Assembly (NCBI RefSeq): GCF_001194135.2
Contig: NC_068981.1
Coordinates: 14,872,474-14,936,473 of the forward strand
Direction: 5' to 3'
Origin: Octopus bimaculoides
Taxonomy: Eukaryota
Length of the DNA stretch: 64,000 nt
Under the pieces are notes generated by a model, which did not search any database, was not told the origin of the DNA, and saw only the letters and a program-made list of their open reading frames with translations. The position numbers and the translations under genes were made by a program. Shown piece after piece: positions 51,298 to 64,000 of this stretch. How positions within the stretch are numbered: the stretch's first letter is position 1; each line of letters opens with the position of its first letter.

Positions 51298-51933
51298 AAT
51301 GAAATTATTATCATACTACTATACTCATTCATTCTTCCGATGAACGTCACTGCTTCGTATTTCAGAATACGAATGCATTTCCTTATTGCGTCCTCTATTC
51401 TGCTTTTCAAAGTTTCAGAGAATCAAATAATAGCGTTCTCTCACAAATAAGGCATTTAATGCGTGTTTTCATCGCATATATAAAAGTATGAAAATGGGGT
51501 TTATTTCGTTTACGATTTGAAAATCACCGATAACTATCTCCATGCTTCATATTTACTGCATGGAAATCAAAATTTAAAGAAGGTTTCTGTTTTCATATAT
51601 TTGTTTTATCCCTTTCAATAGTTAACATGATCAATGAGCGCTTTGATTCCTATTATCCGTGAAGTTTCTTTCGATTCATTGATTTTCCTGAATGTTATAA
51701 AAATCTTCCTTGCTATGTAGCAATTCCAGTCTTTGTTGAAAAATGATACTATTCCAAATCGTTGCATATTCAGATTGATTGGCATATCCCTTAAAAACAC
51801 ACTCATGTATAAGTATCTACAGATATATGCATGTATGTAGGTATGTATGTATGTATGTATGTATGTATGTGTGTATGTATGTATGTATAAATATGTATGT
51901 ATGTATATGTATGTATGTATATGNNNNNNNNNN

Positions 51934-52012
<79 letters not shown>

Positions 52013-52838
52013 CACATACATACATTCATATGTAAGTATATATATTTAGATAAATATATGTGTATATGTATATATATATTCATATATATGTGGGGTGTAC
52101 GTAGGGCTGATGAGGTTGAACGTTTCGATAAGAGATCCGCTCCGTATGTTACGTTTAAACGACTACACAAAGATATATTCATAAGTCAAAATTATTGTCA
52201 TTTATCGCTCTACAATCTTGGCACATACTATGTGTAATATGTGATGTAGTTATGTTATTAACCATCAATATTCTACAATCTGGCAGCTAATATGCTACAA
52301 GATGTGAATTGAATTAAGATATACAGTAAATCTCTAAGTATATATGGACTCCTTCTTCAATGTTAATATATTTTGATAATAAAACATTAGAAAAATGCAG
52401 CTTAAGAGAATCGATTCTCTTCAATGCTGCAATTGAAGTACTTCGAGATTAATCAAATACACACCCTAGAAAATATATAACACAAACTCTTATCTGTCTT
52501 CTGTTACCGTCTCTCATTAAAAACTAACGTGGAATATGACGTAAGTAAACATTCCTAAACTCCCGTTCAATAGAAACAGATTATTTTCGTATATAGCACT
52601 TAATTTACGTGTAATTTCTCTTCTAGTACTGGCTACTAATTTCTATTTGTACAAGTTCAACTGCACTAAATATGCCGACCGTCGATATATTCTGAGATTA
52701 TTCTGAAATTCCACCCAGTAATTTAGAAAGTGATGAAAGCCAAACTTACTACCTGATTCAACTCATGATACATCTATGTTTTTATATTCTTCAGGTTACA
52801 AACAACCTAAAGGAAAATTTAATCAGCTACTTTTTGAA

Positions 52839-53100
52839 GCAGTTGTATGCTGTCAATTTAATGTGACAGTCCCCTGAAGAGAATAATTCTACTGTTGGTT
52901 AGACCTAGGAAGCTGCAATGCTTCTTGTCGGCCTTGACATATTTCCTGTGTCCATAAGGACACATGACATGTGTCAAGGACATAAGGACACAGGAAATGT
53001 GTCTAGGCCGACAGGAAGAGATGCAGCGTCCTAGGTCTAACCAACAGTAGTATTATTCCCTTCAGAGGACTGTCATATTAAGTTGACAGCATACCACTAC
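52839..53100. mobile_element. Long foldback (about 110-bp arms), MITE-like
   Basis: gtatgctgtcaatttaatgtgacagtcc...ttggttagacctagga...tgtcggcc..tttcctgtgtcc is inverted relative to ggacacaggaaa..ggccgaca...tcctaggtctaaccaa...ggactgtcatattaagttgacagcatac. Confidence 0.85.
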
Positions 53101-53457
53101 TTTATCGTATCACTACTGCATAAACCTCTATGAGAGATATAGAAATGTATTATTTCTAAAGGTATTTTTTGCTTATCTTACCCCCATTAAAATATTGCCA
53201 TTAAAAAATTAAGTTTATGCTTCAACAGTTATTGGATTAAACGGGGTAGATGCTTTTGCTTCAATACTTGAACACATCGTTGACATTTGACCTCCTTAAT
53301 AGACATGGTATGATTTATTATAACAATGTTATCAGATTCAGTAAGACATTTAATTTTTTTCAGCTTTCATGTTTATTAATCTTTTCAGTTTTGTATGATT
53401 CGTTTTAAAAATATTATCAGATTGAATAAGATGATCTATGGGATAGGAAGAAGGTGA

Positions 53458-53501
53458 AATTTTATATTGCAATTTGAAGCGTCAAATTGCAATATAAAAT
53501 T
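53458..53501. repeat. Perfect 20-bp hairpin with a 4-nt loop
   Basis: aattttatattgcaatttga-agcg-tcaaattgcaatataaaatt. Confidence 0.95.
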
Positions 53502-53529
53502 CATATACAACTACAGGCTGTGTTTCAGA

Positions 53530-53560
53530 ATGGTCGCAGTCAAATGACTGAAACAAATGA
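53530..53560 (+). mobile_element. SINE family A extreme 3' fragment
   Basis: atggtcgcagtcaaatgactgaaacaaatgaa. Confidence 0.65.
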
Positions 53561-53581
53561 ATATATATATATATAATTTTA

Positions 53582-53857
53582 AAAATTATAATTTAGGGTA
53601 TCTAAGAGATACCACCTCGCTGGAAATAACAGTCAAAACTTGATTCTAAAACCGCATTAAATGTTCATATAGCACCAGGAGAGAACACGAAGAGACTAAA
53701 TAAACTATGAAAATTATCCAGTTAGTCTTGCTAGTTTAATTTGTCCCTTCGACTTCTCTCCTGGTGCTATATGAACATTTAATGCGGATTTAGAGTCAAG
53801 TTTTGACTGCTATTTCCAGCGTGGTGTTATCTCTTAGATACCCTAAATTATAATTTT
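53582..53857. mobile_element. Foldback MITE with about 105-bp arms
   Basis: aaaattataatttagggtatctaagagata...gctggaaataacagtcaaaacttga...aaatgttcatatagcaccaggagagaa is inverted relative to 53752-53857. Confidence 0.88.
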
Positions 53858-54302
53858 GATAATCATTATCGATCTTATCCTTATTTATATGTGTGGGTGT
53901 GTGTGGGTGTGTGGGTGTGTGTGTCTGTGTGTGTGTGTGTGTGCGTGTGTGTGTATCTATTTCTATTTCAAGCAATTGGATATTCTACAAATTTTACCCA
54001 CTTCAAAATAGTCAGAAGTATCTACCTGATTTCGATATTGATACCCTTAGCAGTTGCATTTAAAATGTGACACTAAAATATAGGTTACTCCATTACTGGC
54101 GATGTCATAAAGCAAGAAACTGCGTGGCCAGGTAAATCCTCTTTTACTGTCTATGGTGGGGTTGCATATGGAGTTGCATATCTATGGGTAAATCCTAAAC
54201 TGACACTTGATATACTTACATACACAATCATATAAACGTGTGTATGTATACATGTGCCTATACATATATAACTGAGTGTATGTGTCTGTTTGAATGTTTG
54301 TG

Positions 54303-54344
<42 letters not shown>

Positions 54345-55441
54345 TGTTTTTACTTGTGTACATATGTGTGCATATAATTACAAACACAGGCTTATAATAT
54401 ATTTTCATATATGTGTGTTAGCACACGCACGTATATTTGTAAAACACACATATAATGAAAGCCGGTACAATAATAGATATGTCAATGTCTTGTTAATGAG
54501 ATGCAAAGTTAAAGTGACTTTTGATTGCCACCGATACTTTCCATCTTTATGCAAACCGTCACATCATCAGTCTTCACAGCTGAATTCAATACTGAATCAA
54601 CTCTCTGGCATTTTGCAGAAACCCGTGTTTCTTTTGGCTATCAACAGAAATGTAGCATTTATTATATGTTTGTATTATAATTTATTATTAACCTTCTTTT
54701 CTTCATGCATCATTCACTACCTAACACGATCAGGCCTAGAAACCTAAACTCAGTTACAGATTCACGATTTGAAAGGGTTATTGTTAACTATGGTGTTTCT
54801 CATTCTTTCTTCTTTCAGTTTTCAGAGCTTAATGTGATATTCTTCACATGCAAGGACATATTGAGTGTATTGTTCACCATGATGCAACATCGACTGGCTT
54901 TATTTTCCAACTTTGCACATGAATATTAACTTTTTTTTTCAGATCAAATATAGGAAGGTTTTGTATTTGATATTCCGTTAGTGCAAAATTTAATTTCCCA
55001 GATTATAATGCTCTACAGACACTCTGGCATTCTCTTTCGCATCTTATATTGCTTCAGAGCATTGTGATGATTGTAATTTCACAAAACTTTTCCGTGAATT
55101 CCGAATTCTATTTGCAATTTCTTCACCTGTATTTGCATTTTGGTTTAGCATACTGCTAATATATTTCAAGGAAAGCATGGAGTATCAATGTTCTTCTATA
55201 TAGCGTTACTTTTGAAATACACTCGAAATTTTCCAAACAAAATCTAATAACGAATAACAGGTTTATCAAAATTATTTTGAAGACTAACACCTTTGGATAC
55301 ATGTAACTGTATCCATATAAATTTGAAGATGATATCATATTATTCGACGTTCATAAATTAAATTATTATCATAACGGAAGAAATTGTTATACTATTTTAA
55401 TCACATGCTTCCAAGAGCTATCCGAAAACAACTAATATTAT

Positions 55442-56336
55442 TCAACTACTACATATGCGGGAAATTCTGTCTGTGCGTATCTTTGTGGAGTTGTTGGCTA
55501 ACTCCTCCTACATCGTTTTATAGATTTTGATGAAACTTGAGACCTGATAAGAACTCATATCTGGAAACCTAATTGCATACTCAAATTGTTGAAAAAGTCG
55601 GCATTAGGTCCTCCGGAAGGGATCCTTATATACATCTAATATATTTTATTTTAAAAATCAAGATAAATACCCATTCGCACCTGGAAGGGAACCTCATATA
55701 CAACCAAGGGAAATAACCCACTATTTTTCTTAGATTATTTAATAATAATGAAATTGATTATGCTTATTTCTTAGTATTTGGATTGTTAGGGTTATTTTCG
55801 CAATTTATCCAGTACAACCTTTAAACAAGTAAATAGTATTTTGCTAAACACTAGATCCACTTATTTCAGTTAGTGACTTATTCACGAATATACCAACACT
55901 AGCGCCCCTGAGGGTAATATTCTCTGGGAATACACAAAACACCTTTTCAGAGTGATTTACTTTGAATTGTTATCTGATATCTGATTAGCCTGTTATTACG
56001 TAACATGCTTTGCGATTTTAGTATGCATACCTTATTAATATTTCCTCCTATGTTCTATGTACCCTGGGAACGCATTAAAGCCCCTTTTCGGGGCTATTTT
56101 ATTGGAATTCATACTATCGAGTAACTAAGTTCATGTTATCACACAAGGGACTTCACAATTTGGGTATTCATATCTTATTGGGATTTTCTAAAAATAAGAT
56201 CCTGTGTAAATGCACAAAAACTGTTTTAAGGGCTACGTACTTTGTATTGTTGTTATTGGATCAGCTAAAGAATTATGAAAACGGAACCAAGAAATAAGAC
56301 CCGCTTTCTCTCGAATGAACGGGTACGTCAGTTAGT
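55442..56336 (+). mobile_element. Non-autonomous Helitron-like element
   Basis: 3' hairpin acccg...cgggt (56299-56324) followed by TTAG|T (56332-56336), a variant of CTRR|T. The 5' region has tctgtctgt..aactcctcc..gattttgatgaaactt, as seen in Helitron/DINE-like elements. The 5' boundary is approximate. Confidence 0.55.
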
Positions 56337-56597
56337 GTTTTATATTTCCTTCTGAATCTCTGAATTTTACATTAGTCTGTTATACAAGGAAAATAGCACA
56401 TTAGGCCAATAAACTTTCAATTTACACTGCTGTGCTTTTAAATTTATTTGCAGATGTAAATGTCTTCTATGTAAATATTATTATCACTATATCAGAACTT
56501 GCTTTTTTATATGTAGCTAACAATCCTTATGTCGAAATTTACATTGACATTTTTAAAGTTTAATTCAAGTTTCAATAATGGCTTCAAATTTTCGTAC

Positions 56598-56790
56598 AAT
56601 GCCAGCAACTACAGTAAGGGTCTTTATCGATTACGTCGACCCATTGCTCAACTAGTACTTGTTTTATCGATCCAAAATGATGAAAGCTAGGTCCACCCTA
56701 GTGGAATTTGAACTCAAAACGTAAAGAGCGACGACATGCAACTAACTACATTGCCGGACATGTGAATGATTCTTCCAGTTAATCGCCTTA
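56598..56790 (-). mobile_element. SINE family D (Meta-domain-like)
   Basis: Minus strand: gttttgagttcaaattccactagggtggacctagctttcatcattttggatcgataaaacaagtactagttgagcaatgggtcgacgtaatcga. It has a B-box-like gagttcaaattcc and a ctttcatc..gtcgataaaa..agtac core. Confidence 0.7.
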
Positions 56791-57282
56791 ATGCAATGTA
56801 GCATATATATTTTCTTGTCACACTTTTTGTGACTAATCTCCAAACCAAATCATTTTATGTAGGCTCATTGCGTAGACTATGAAATTTATACAAATATTTA
56901 TTTGATAGAATTTAATTATTTAAACACTAAATTCGTTATGTTACTATACATCTTTTATTGCAAAGCATATGTATGACTACTGTAAAATTTTCCAGTGTTC
57001 TATGACGTGCAAAGGTGTTAGTTAGAGATTTACTGTTAAATAGCTGGACACGGGAAACATTCACAGGAAACATTAAAAAATGTAAGCATCTGTAAAGTGT
57101 GTGCTGGTGCCATGAGAAACGTTTCTATATTGTGCCAGTTACAGAATATAGAAAGAAGAGTAAAATCGATAACTGTATAATCCAACCAGAATGTCTCAGT
57201 TACCCAAACGTAAACAGAATTAATATTTAGCCTCAGAATACATCGCACATATTCTTGGTTTAGTGGCACGGAAAGTTCTGGT

Positions 57283-57771
57283 ATTCTTTTAGTCATTTAC
57301 TTGTTTCAGTCATTTGACGGTTGCCATGTTGGAGCACACCTCTTTAGTCGAAGAAATCGACCCCTGGACTTATATCTTGTGAGCTTGGTGCTTATTCTGT
57401 CTGTCTCTTCTGACGAACAGGTAATCACGTGGACCCAAACATACGAACATCGGTTGTCAAACAATGAAGTTGGAGGGACAAACACGACTCAAAGTGTGTA
57501 CGGGCAGTTTTCTCTTGTGTTTAAATGTACACAATATATATATATATGTANNNNNNNNNNNNNNNNNNNNNNNNNNNNNNNNNNNNNNNNNNNNNNNNNN
57601 NNNNNNNNNNNNNNNNNNNNNNNNNNNNNNNNNNNNNNNNNNNNNNNNNNNNNNNNNNNNNNNNNNNNNNNNNTATATACACACATATATATGACGGGTT
57701 TATTTTAGTTTCTGTCTACCAAATTCAGTTGCAAGATTTGGGTGGGCCCGAGGCTGTAGGAGAAGACACTT
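57283..57771 (-). mobile_element. SINE family A, 5'-truncated, with internal microsatellite/gap
   Basis: Both halves align with 34201-34400 and 34700-34795. Confidence 0.85.
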
Positions 57772-58286
57772 TTTAAAGTATAGAGTTGAATATCGTGTAG
57801 CCACCTATAAGCAAAACATTTCTCCACCCAACAATTTTGTAGGGGGTTTTACCCAAGTTTCTGGGATCTTTTTACAGCTATACCTCGTTTGAAATTTGCA
57901 TTAGATTTTATATGAAAAGAAAAAGAGAAGTGAGAGTGTTTGTAGTTGTAGAGAAAGCGTTAAACGTGCCTGATAAAAAAAAAGCATGGTCTTTCACCCT
58001 CAACTAAAAGACATGAAGAACTATGAAAGAAGGCGAATAGATACCGAGGGTGGGGGAAAGAAGAGAGAACTAACAGTCGACCGTTCTAGAACTCCCAGAA
58101 TAAAAACGTAAACACCTGAAAGAATTTCCCTCTATTCATTACTAAACGCCTTCCTTCTTCTTCATTGTTAAAAGTAATGAAGCTAGGAAAGATCGATCGT
58201 ATTTCAGTCTAATTGTCATTGTAAATGACTGAGACATTCCTTTCTCCGTCTGTATTGCTTCACTCCTTTTCTCTACGGTTAAGTGA

Positions 58287-58590
58287 GTGAAGGTGTGTAA
58301 ATATGTGGTTAGGGGTATTCGACCCATGATCGTAAAGTTACGGGTATGATTCCCTGTAGATTCCCTGCTGCGCGCTGTGTTTGTGAGCAAGGTACTCTAT
58401 TTCACCTTACTGCAATCTACTCAAGAGGCAAAAATGAGTTGTAGCTGTAATTCAAAGGAGCCAGCCTTGTCACATTTTGGCAGGCATGTCTGTGGAGTAC
58501 TCACCCACTTGCGCTTTAATTTACGAGCAGACACTTCGTTGATTACATAAACAGGAATCTCGTTGTCATAACCGACGCAGTGCTATTTTT
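58287..58590 (+). mobile_element. SINE family B with tail X, internally deleted
   Basis: gtgaaggtgtgt..gtggttagggg..gtgagcaaggtactctatttcacctt..ctactcaagaggcaaaaatgagttg..ccagccttgtcaca..gtctgtggagtactcacccact..gttgtcataaccgacgcagtgc. Confidence 0.8.
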
Positions 58591-58706
58591 CGAAAAACTG
58601 TGAAAGAAAAGGAAATTTGTGTATTGTAAAGTAAAAATGCCATGGGTTTCATATAAACAGTGAAAGCTAATATGAAATAATTGCTATTTCGTCATGTATT
58701 CTCCCT

Positions 58707-58772
<66 letters not shown>

Positions 58773-60546
58773 NNNNNNNNNNNNNNNNNNNNNNNNNNNN
58801 NNNNNNNNNNNNNNNNNNNNNNNNNNNNNNNNNNNNNNNNNNNNNNNNNNNNNNNNNNNNNNNNNNNNNNNNNNNNNNNNNNNNNNNNNNNNNNNNNNNN
58901 NNNNNNNNNNNNNNNNNNNNNNNNNNNNNNNNNNNNNNNNNNNNNNNNNNNNNNNNNNNNNNNNNNNNNNNNNNNNNNNNNNNNNNNNNNNNNNNNNNNN
59001 NNNNNNNNNNNNNNNNNNNNNNNNNNNNNNNNNNNNNNNNNNNNNNNNNNNNNNNNNNNNNNNNNNNNNNNNNNNNNNNNNNNNNNNNNNNNNNNNNNNN
59101 NNNNNNNNNNNNNNNNNNNNNNNNNNNNNNNNNNNNNNNNNNNNNNNNNNNNNNNNNNNNNNNNNNNNNNNNNNNNNNNNNNNNNNNNNNNNNNNNNNNN
59201 NNNNNNNNNNNNNNNNNNNNNNNNNNNNNNNNNNNNNNNNNNNNNNNNNNNNNNNNNNNNNNNNNNNNNNNNNNNNNNNNNNNNNNNNNNNNNNNNNNNN
59301 NNNNNNNNNNNNNNNNNNNNNNNNNNNNNNNNNNNNNNNNNNNNNNNNNNCTCTCTCTCTCTTTCTCTCTTAGTTCGTCTCTGTCCTCTCGCGTTTTGTC
59401 ACTCACTTCTTCCTTTGAAGTACGTGTGACACACACCACGGGTACGTAGAAACTAGAACAAATTAGCATATTAATATTATCGATTGCCTTTTTTGTGACA
59501 CAGTAGAATATTGTCTATATGTTTCACTCAAGATATCCATGCAGCTTATGAATTTGAAGCAATGGTAACAAGAGGGCTAGGATTAACACTAGTTTGTTAG
59601 TTTTGGGTTTGGATCTCATATGACACGATCTCCGCTACGTCCGACACACGATGAAACAATATGAAGTAAAAAAAAAATAAGAGAAATATAATCTTGTAAG
59701 GTCAACAAGAGCAGCCTTGAAGAGCTGACGCTAAGACATGATAATCACCATAGAAAATGACAGCGTCAGTGGGAAATGATGACGCAAATGTCGTTGATAT
59801 TGACATAGCGTGTTCAGTAATTTTTGAAGAAAATATAGCACAGTTACAAATACACTCTTGGCTTCTATATTTCCTTCAGGGTGTCAAAGAAACGTTCAAT
59901 AGCACCTATTGAAGACTACTGATGAATGTTTCGTAATCTCGTAGTGTTTTAATATTTCGAATAGTAGTCTCAATTGTTCGCAAATCAAGTAGTATATTTG
60001 CAAACTTGACGGCGACAGCATTCACATTTCCTATATGCACAAAATATAAGGTTATATTGAATCATGTTCTCAGTTCACGGGCAAACATTATCTTAATCTT
60101 CAAAATCTATCCATCTATTTAATACATGTCGCAAATAAATGTTTCTTTATAGTATGTTGACTATTATATGTCATTATTTCAAGTTAATATGAACAATAAT
60201 GTGAAATAGCTGTGAAGAAATATCTTTTTAATGGAACAATCACAGGATATTTCTGCACAAAGGACGCTCAGCTCGAAGAAATTATCGTGGAATCAAAGTG
60301 TATATATTTGTTAGGGTGTCAGAAAGGCCAGGGTTGCCGATATAGCATATTTTAGCATTTAGCGGAAAATGTTTGAATCTAGCATTAAGCGGGGGAAATA
60401 GCAGCTTAAAAAAATTATTTAGAATTTTTTTAGCATTTTTCTCTGATCATGACATTTCCACAATAGTTATCTTTTTTCATTTCTTCTTTTTCCTCCTTTT
60501 CTCCTTTGGTTAAAGTATCTTAGAGCCAGATTTTAGTACTATCGGC

Positions 60547-60643
<97 letters not shown>
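60547..60643. repeat. (ATT)n microsatellite inside the hAT element
   Basis: Directly visible. Confidence 0.98.
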
Positions 60644-61306
60644 TTCACTTTCATGAAACTTCAAATGAAAGTTTATCAAAAGGAAGTTTATCAAATTATG
60701 AACTCTTCCAACCCCACTCCCCCTGCTTGAATACCGAGTGGCGCTGGGGGGGGGGGAGGTAACTCATGTTAACACCTGAACTCACTGCACAATAATGTAA
60801 ATATGTTGCAAAGAATGAAAGCTTGGAAATTTGTCCTAACAATGCTTTATTCTGTAGTGATGAGATTTTATCATGACAGGTTGACTGATTTACTTTCGGT
60901 TTGACTGTTTTGAAATAGGCCTGTGTTTTTTATGCTTGCTTAGGATTAAATATCTTGTGTAGAAGTACGGGGTGGCAGAGTTTTCCCTTTTATATTTCTA
61001 CTTCCTTTTTTTTTTTAATATTGTAGTTATATTTGTGGTTTTACTTAATATATATTAAATGTAATATCGAAAGCGAAATATGATGTTCCCAGGTTTATAT
61101 CAGAACAAAGTTTTAGGATTTCAGCAGATTTTTCTAATTATAAGTTATAATCCGTATTCTTCTCCTCAAGAATTTGTAAGCAGCAATCATAGGAATTTTT
61201 AACGGTGAATGAAAGAATTCCTAGTGGCAAACTGATGAGTTATGCTTTCAATTTTATATTTTTTATTTATCATTCAACTTATTTTCTTGCTTCCCACTAC
61301 ATTATA

Positions 61307-63259
61307 ATGAGCAAAGAAAAAACAAAGTTGTACCAGCAAAAATTCGAAAAGAATGGCTTAAGATGCCAGCGTTTACTAAGTAGTTGTGTTAAGTACCACG
61401 TGACCAATCTAAATCACATTACAGATATTGCAGAATTAATATGTTGGCAAAATACTCTCTTTTAGTAATTCACTGTGAAGCAAAGAAGCACAAGGCATCA
61501 ACACCACAACAAATGATTCATCTTAACAATTTTATTAAAACCAACAATGATAAGACGTCTATGCTTCAAACAAATACAGCAACGTTTATTTGTTACCACT
61601 CATCATTTAATGGCTGTAATCATTTAATACAGTTATGTAAGAAGTATATGCCTGATAGTAATATTATGTCCAAAGTGAAGCTGCATCGTGCACAATGTGC
61701 AAATATTGTGAGAAATGTTCTAGCTCCTTATTTTGATGGAGATTTGATTTCTGATATGGGAGATAGAAAATTTAGCCTGGTATTAGATGAATTCAATGAT
61801 ATATATATAAACAAGTCGTTAGGAATTGTTTTTATATATTACAGTGACACTCAGAAAAAAGTGGTACATACATATCTCAGTATGGTATCTTTAGAAACAT
61901 GTGATGCAGATGGCATTGTAAATGGCTTAAAAATTGAATTAGCGAAAAAGAAATTAGATATAAAAAAATTACTGACTATAAGAACCGACAATGCCAGAGT
62001 AATGATAGGAGTCAACAATGGTGTTTTCCAGAAATTGAAATAAGTTTCTTCATTACTTCAATTTAGATGCGTATATCATTCTTTACAGTTGGCAGTATCC
62101 CACACTTGTGCAGAATGCCTGCTCATAAATTTAGAATTTTTAGTATCCGAAACCTATAAATGGTTCTCTTATTCTTCAACAAGACAAAGTGCCTGCAAAC
62201 ATCTTTACCTTGCTATCAATGATAAAGAGCCTTTGAAGATTGTGAGTTCTTGTACAACTAGGTGGCTACCGAAAAACCAGCTGTAAATAAAATTGTAAGC
62301 CAATGGTTTGAATTGTAAACTTACTTCCAAACTACAACTACGAAAGAAAAATGCTTTACAGCACAAACGTTCCACGGAATGGTTTGTGATTCTAGGAATG
62401 AAATTTATCTTTTATTTTTGCATCCACTTTTTCAAAACATGTTCATGAAGTGAATAAACTGTTTGAATGAAACACTATTGAGAAAGCAAAATTACTTGAC
62501 GATCTTTCAAATTTGTTGCCGATATGATAGTGTTGCGAACATGTACAATTGATCATCTTGATCCTGATGCTTCTATTGAAAAGGCTTTCGATCCTAAACC
62601 AAATTTAGGCTACAGGTTCTAGAGAAAGATAGTAGAAATCATTATCAAGAAGACTGTAATAGCCGCCGAAGAAAATAATATTCGCTAAAAAGCACAATTT
62701 TTACTCTACCTCTATAAAGAGCTCACGCACCGTTTGCCAGGAAATAATAATATACTGAGGAATATAAAATGTGTTTCAGTAGAGATGATTTTGCAGTTTT
62801 TCAACGAGCCAATTTTACCTGCCTTAGAAGCACTGCATTGAAATGAAGCAAAAATTGCTTCAATTGAATTTCAGTTTAATAGAGTTCATTTAGTTAAATG
62901 GACAAATACGTCTAATACAGAGGCATTCTGGTTGGAGGTTTTGGAATATAAAGATGCTACTGGAGGAGATCCTTTTAGAGATGTTGCAGATCTTGCCATT
63001 AATCTATTGACGTTGCCAAACTCAAATGCAGAATTGGAACGGTTGTTCGAAAACCAAGATGCATATTCTTATGCTTAGATCAATACTGTCTATAAAATAT
63101 AGCCTGAAAAGATGTGGCAAATTTTGCAACAAATTCGATATTCCAAAACACATAATTAACAAGATTGGGACCTTGAAAGTATACAGAAGTCAAGACCTAG
63201 GCACTGCAGCTGAAAGTGATCAAATCAGTGTAATTCAAGAAATTATTTCTCAATGCTGA
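61307..63259 (+). pseudogene. hAT transposase pseudogene with N-terminal zinc-finger-like region, catalytic DDE/RNase H domain and C-terminal dimerisation motif
   Basis: MSKEKTKLYQQKF..EWLKMP..RYCRI..HCEAKKHK; FSLVLDEFND; RTDNARVMIGVNNGV; CVYHSLQL (CxxH); TTRWL; LLTLPNSNAELERLF. Several stops and frameshifts. Confidence 0.92.
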
Positions 63260-64000
63260 ATATAATTAAAGAAAGTTAATAAAGATGTAATTAAAAATTA
63301 AACTTATTTTATGTAATTAGTCTTTAGTATTTTGTTTTCTTCTTTAGCATTTTTTTTAGCAGTTTTTGGTATATTTTCTCCTGAAATTTAGCATAAAAGT
63401 GTGATTTTAAGTTAGCAACACTGCAAAGGACCCTATCATGAGGAATCCATAATTCAGGAAAATGTACAAAACCCGCCAATATTTCTGTTTTTGTGTTTGT
63501 TCAGGTTGAAGATAACAAAGTGAAATGAATCTCTGTAAACAATTGTCGAGTGTTCCTACTTTAATCCATTCAGACTGATAACTGCTTAGATAATCTTTTT
63601 GACTTTTATCTAATTAGAAATCGCTATTTAAGAACGAGTTTTACGCAGTCGTCAGAACACGACATATTACATTTCATTTTCACACCTATATTCCTAAAAT
63701 ACAGTCAGATATATACTCCATTTAAAGTACTCATTCAGTAATCAGGTTATAGAAAATATATGGTATTATGTGTTGTAATGCGATGCATTTTTAAACATCT
63801 GCAACTGCTCATGCAAACTTCATGAACTACAAGACATTAAATTAAGACAAGTTCCTTATTCTTTACTTTACTTGAAGTAATAGTTTGTCCTATACTTTTA
63901 CAGGTGTAATAACTTGTCCTGTACTTTTCCAGGTTTATAATCTTATGAATATTACTTTTCAGGGTCGCATTTTACCATATAATATATACCTATATATATA

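Larger units (their letters stand above)
60329..63423 (+). mobile_element. Full-length degenerate hAT DNA transposon (about 3.1 kb) with both TIRs
   Basis: Left end CAGGGTTGCC (60329); right end reverse-complements to CAGTGTTGCT (63423); multiple TTTAGCA subterminal motifs at both ends. Partial 8-bp TSD (gaaaggcc vs caaaggac, one-base offset). Confidence 0.85.

Noticed and set aside
52100-52130. Hammerhead at CTGATGA (52107-52113), with a related motif near 13133-13150
   Set aside because: No stem II-GAAA follows on this strand, and the motif order is wrong for the opposite strand.

Overview
AT-rich, microsatellite-dense eukaryotic DNA from a short-read assembly with many N-gaps, nearly all bordered by simple repeats. 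The repeat types suggest a coleoid cephalopod, most likely Octopus (inference). No intact host gene is recognisable. The window is mostly old mobile elements: several tRNA-derived SINE families built from shared modules; two Penelope-like GIY-YIG remnants; R4/Dong-type LINE fragments ending in (AAT)n tracts; an apparently ORF1-only L1/Tx1-like element; a DD37D (maT) and a mariner transposase remnant; a full-length degenerate hAT with both TIRs; a non-autonomous Helitron; a possible solo LTR; and many foldback MITEs. The best novelty leads are (1) a type III hammerhead ribozyme fold at 6442-6509 just downstream of a Penelope endonuclease remnant, (2) a cluster of elements inserted in (AAT)n tracts at 46.4-51.2 kb plus an unclassified (AAT)n-flanked element at 3641-4197, (3) SINE head/tail module shuffling, (4) a tandem trimer of 36-bp palindromes, and (5) weak candidate minus-strand exons of an unidentified gene. 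All translations and folds were done by eye; no database searches were run.
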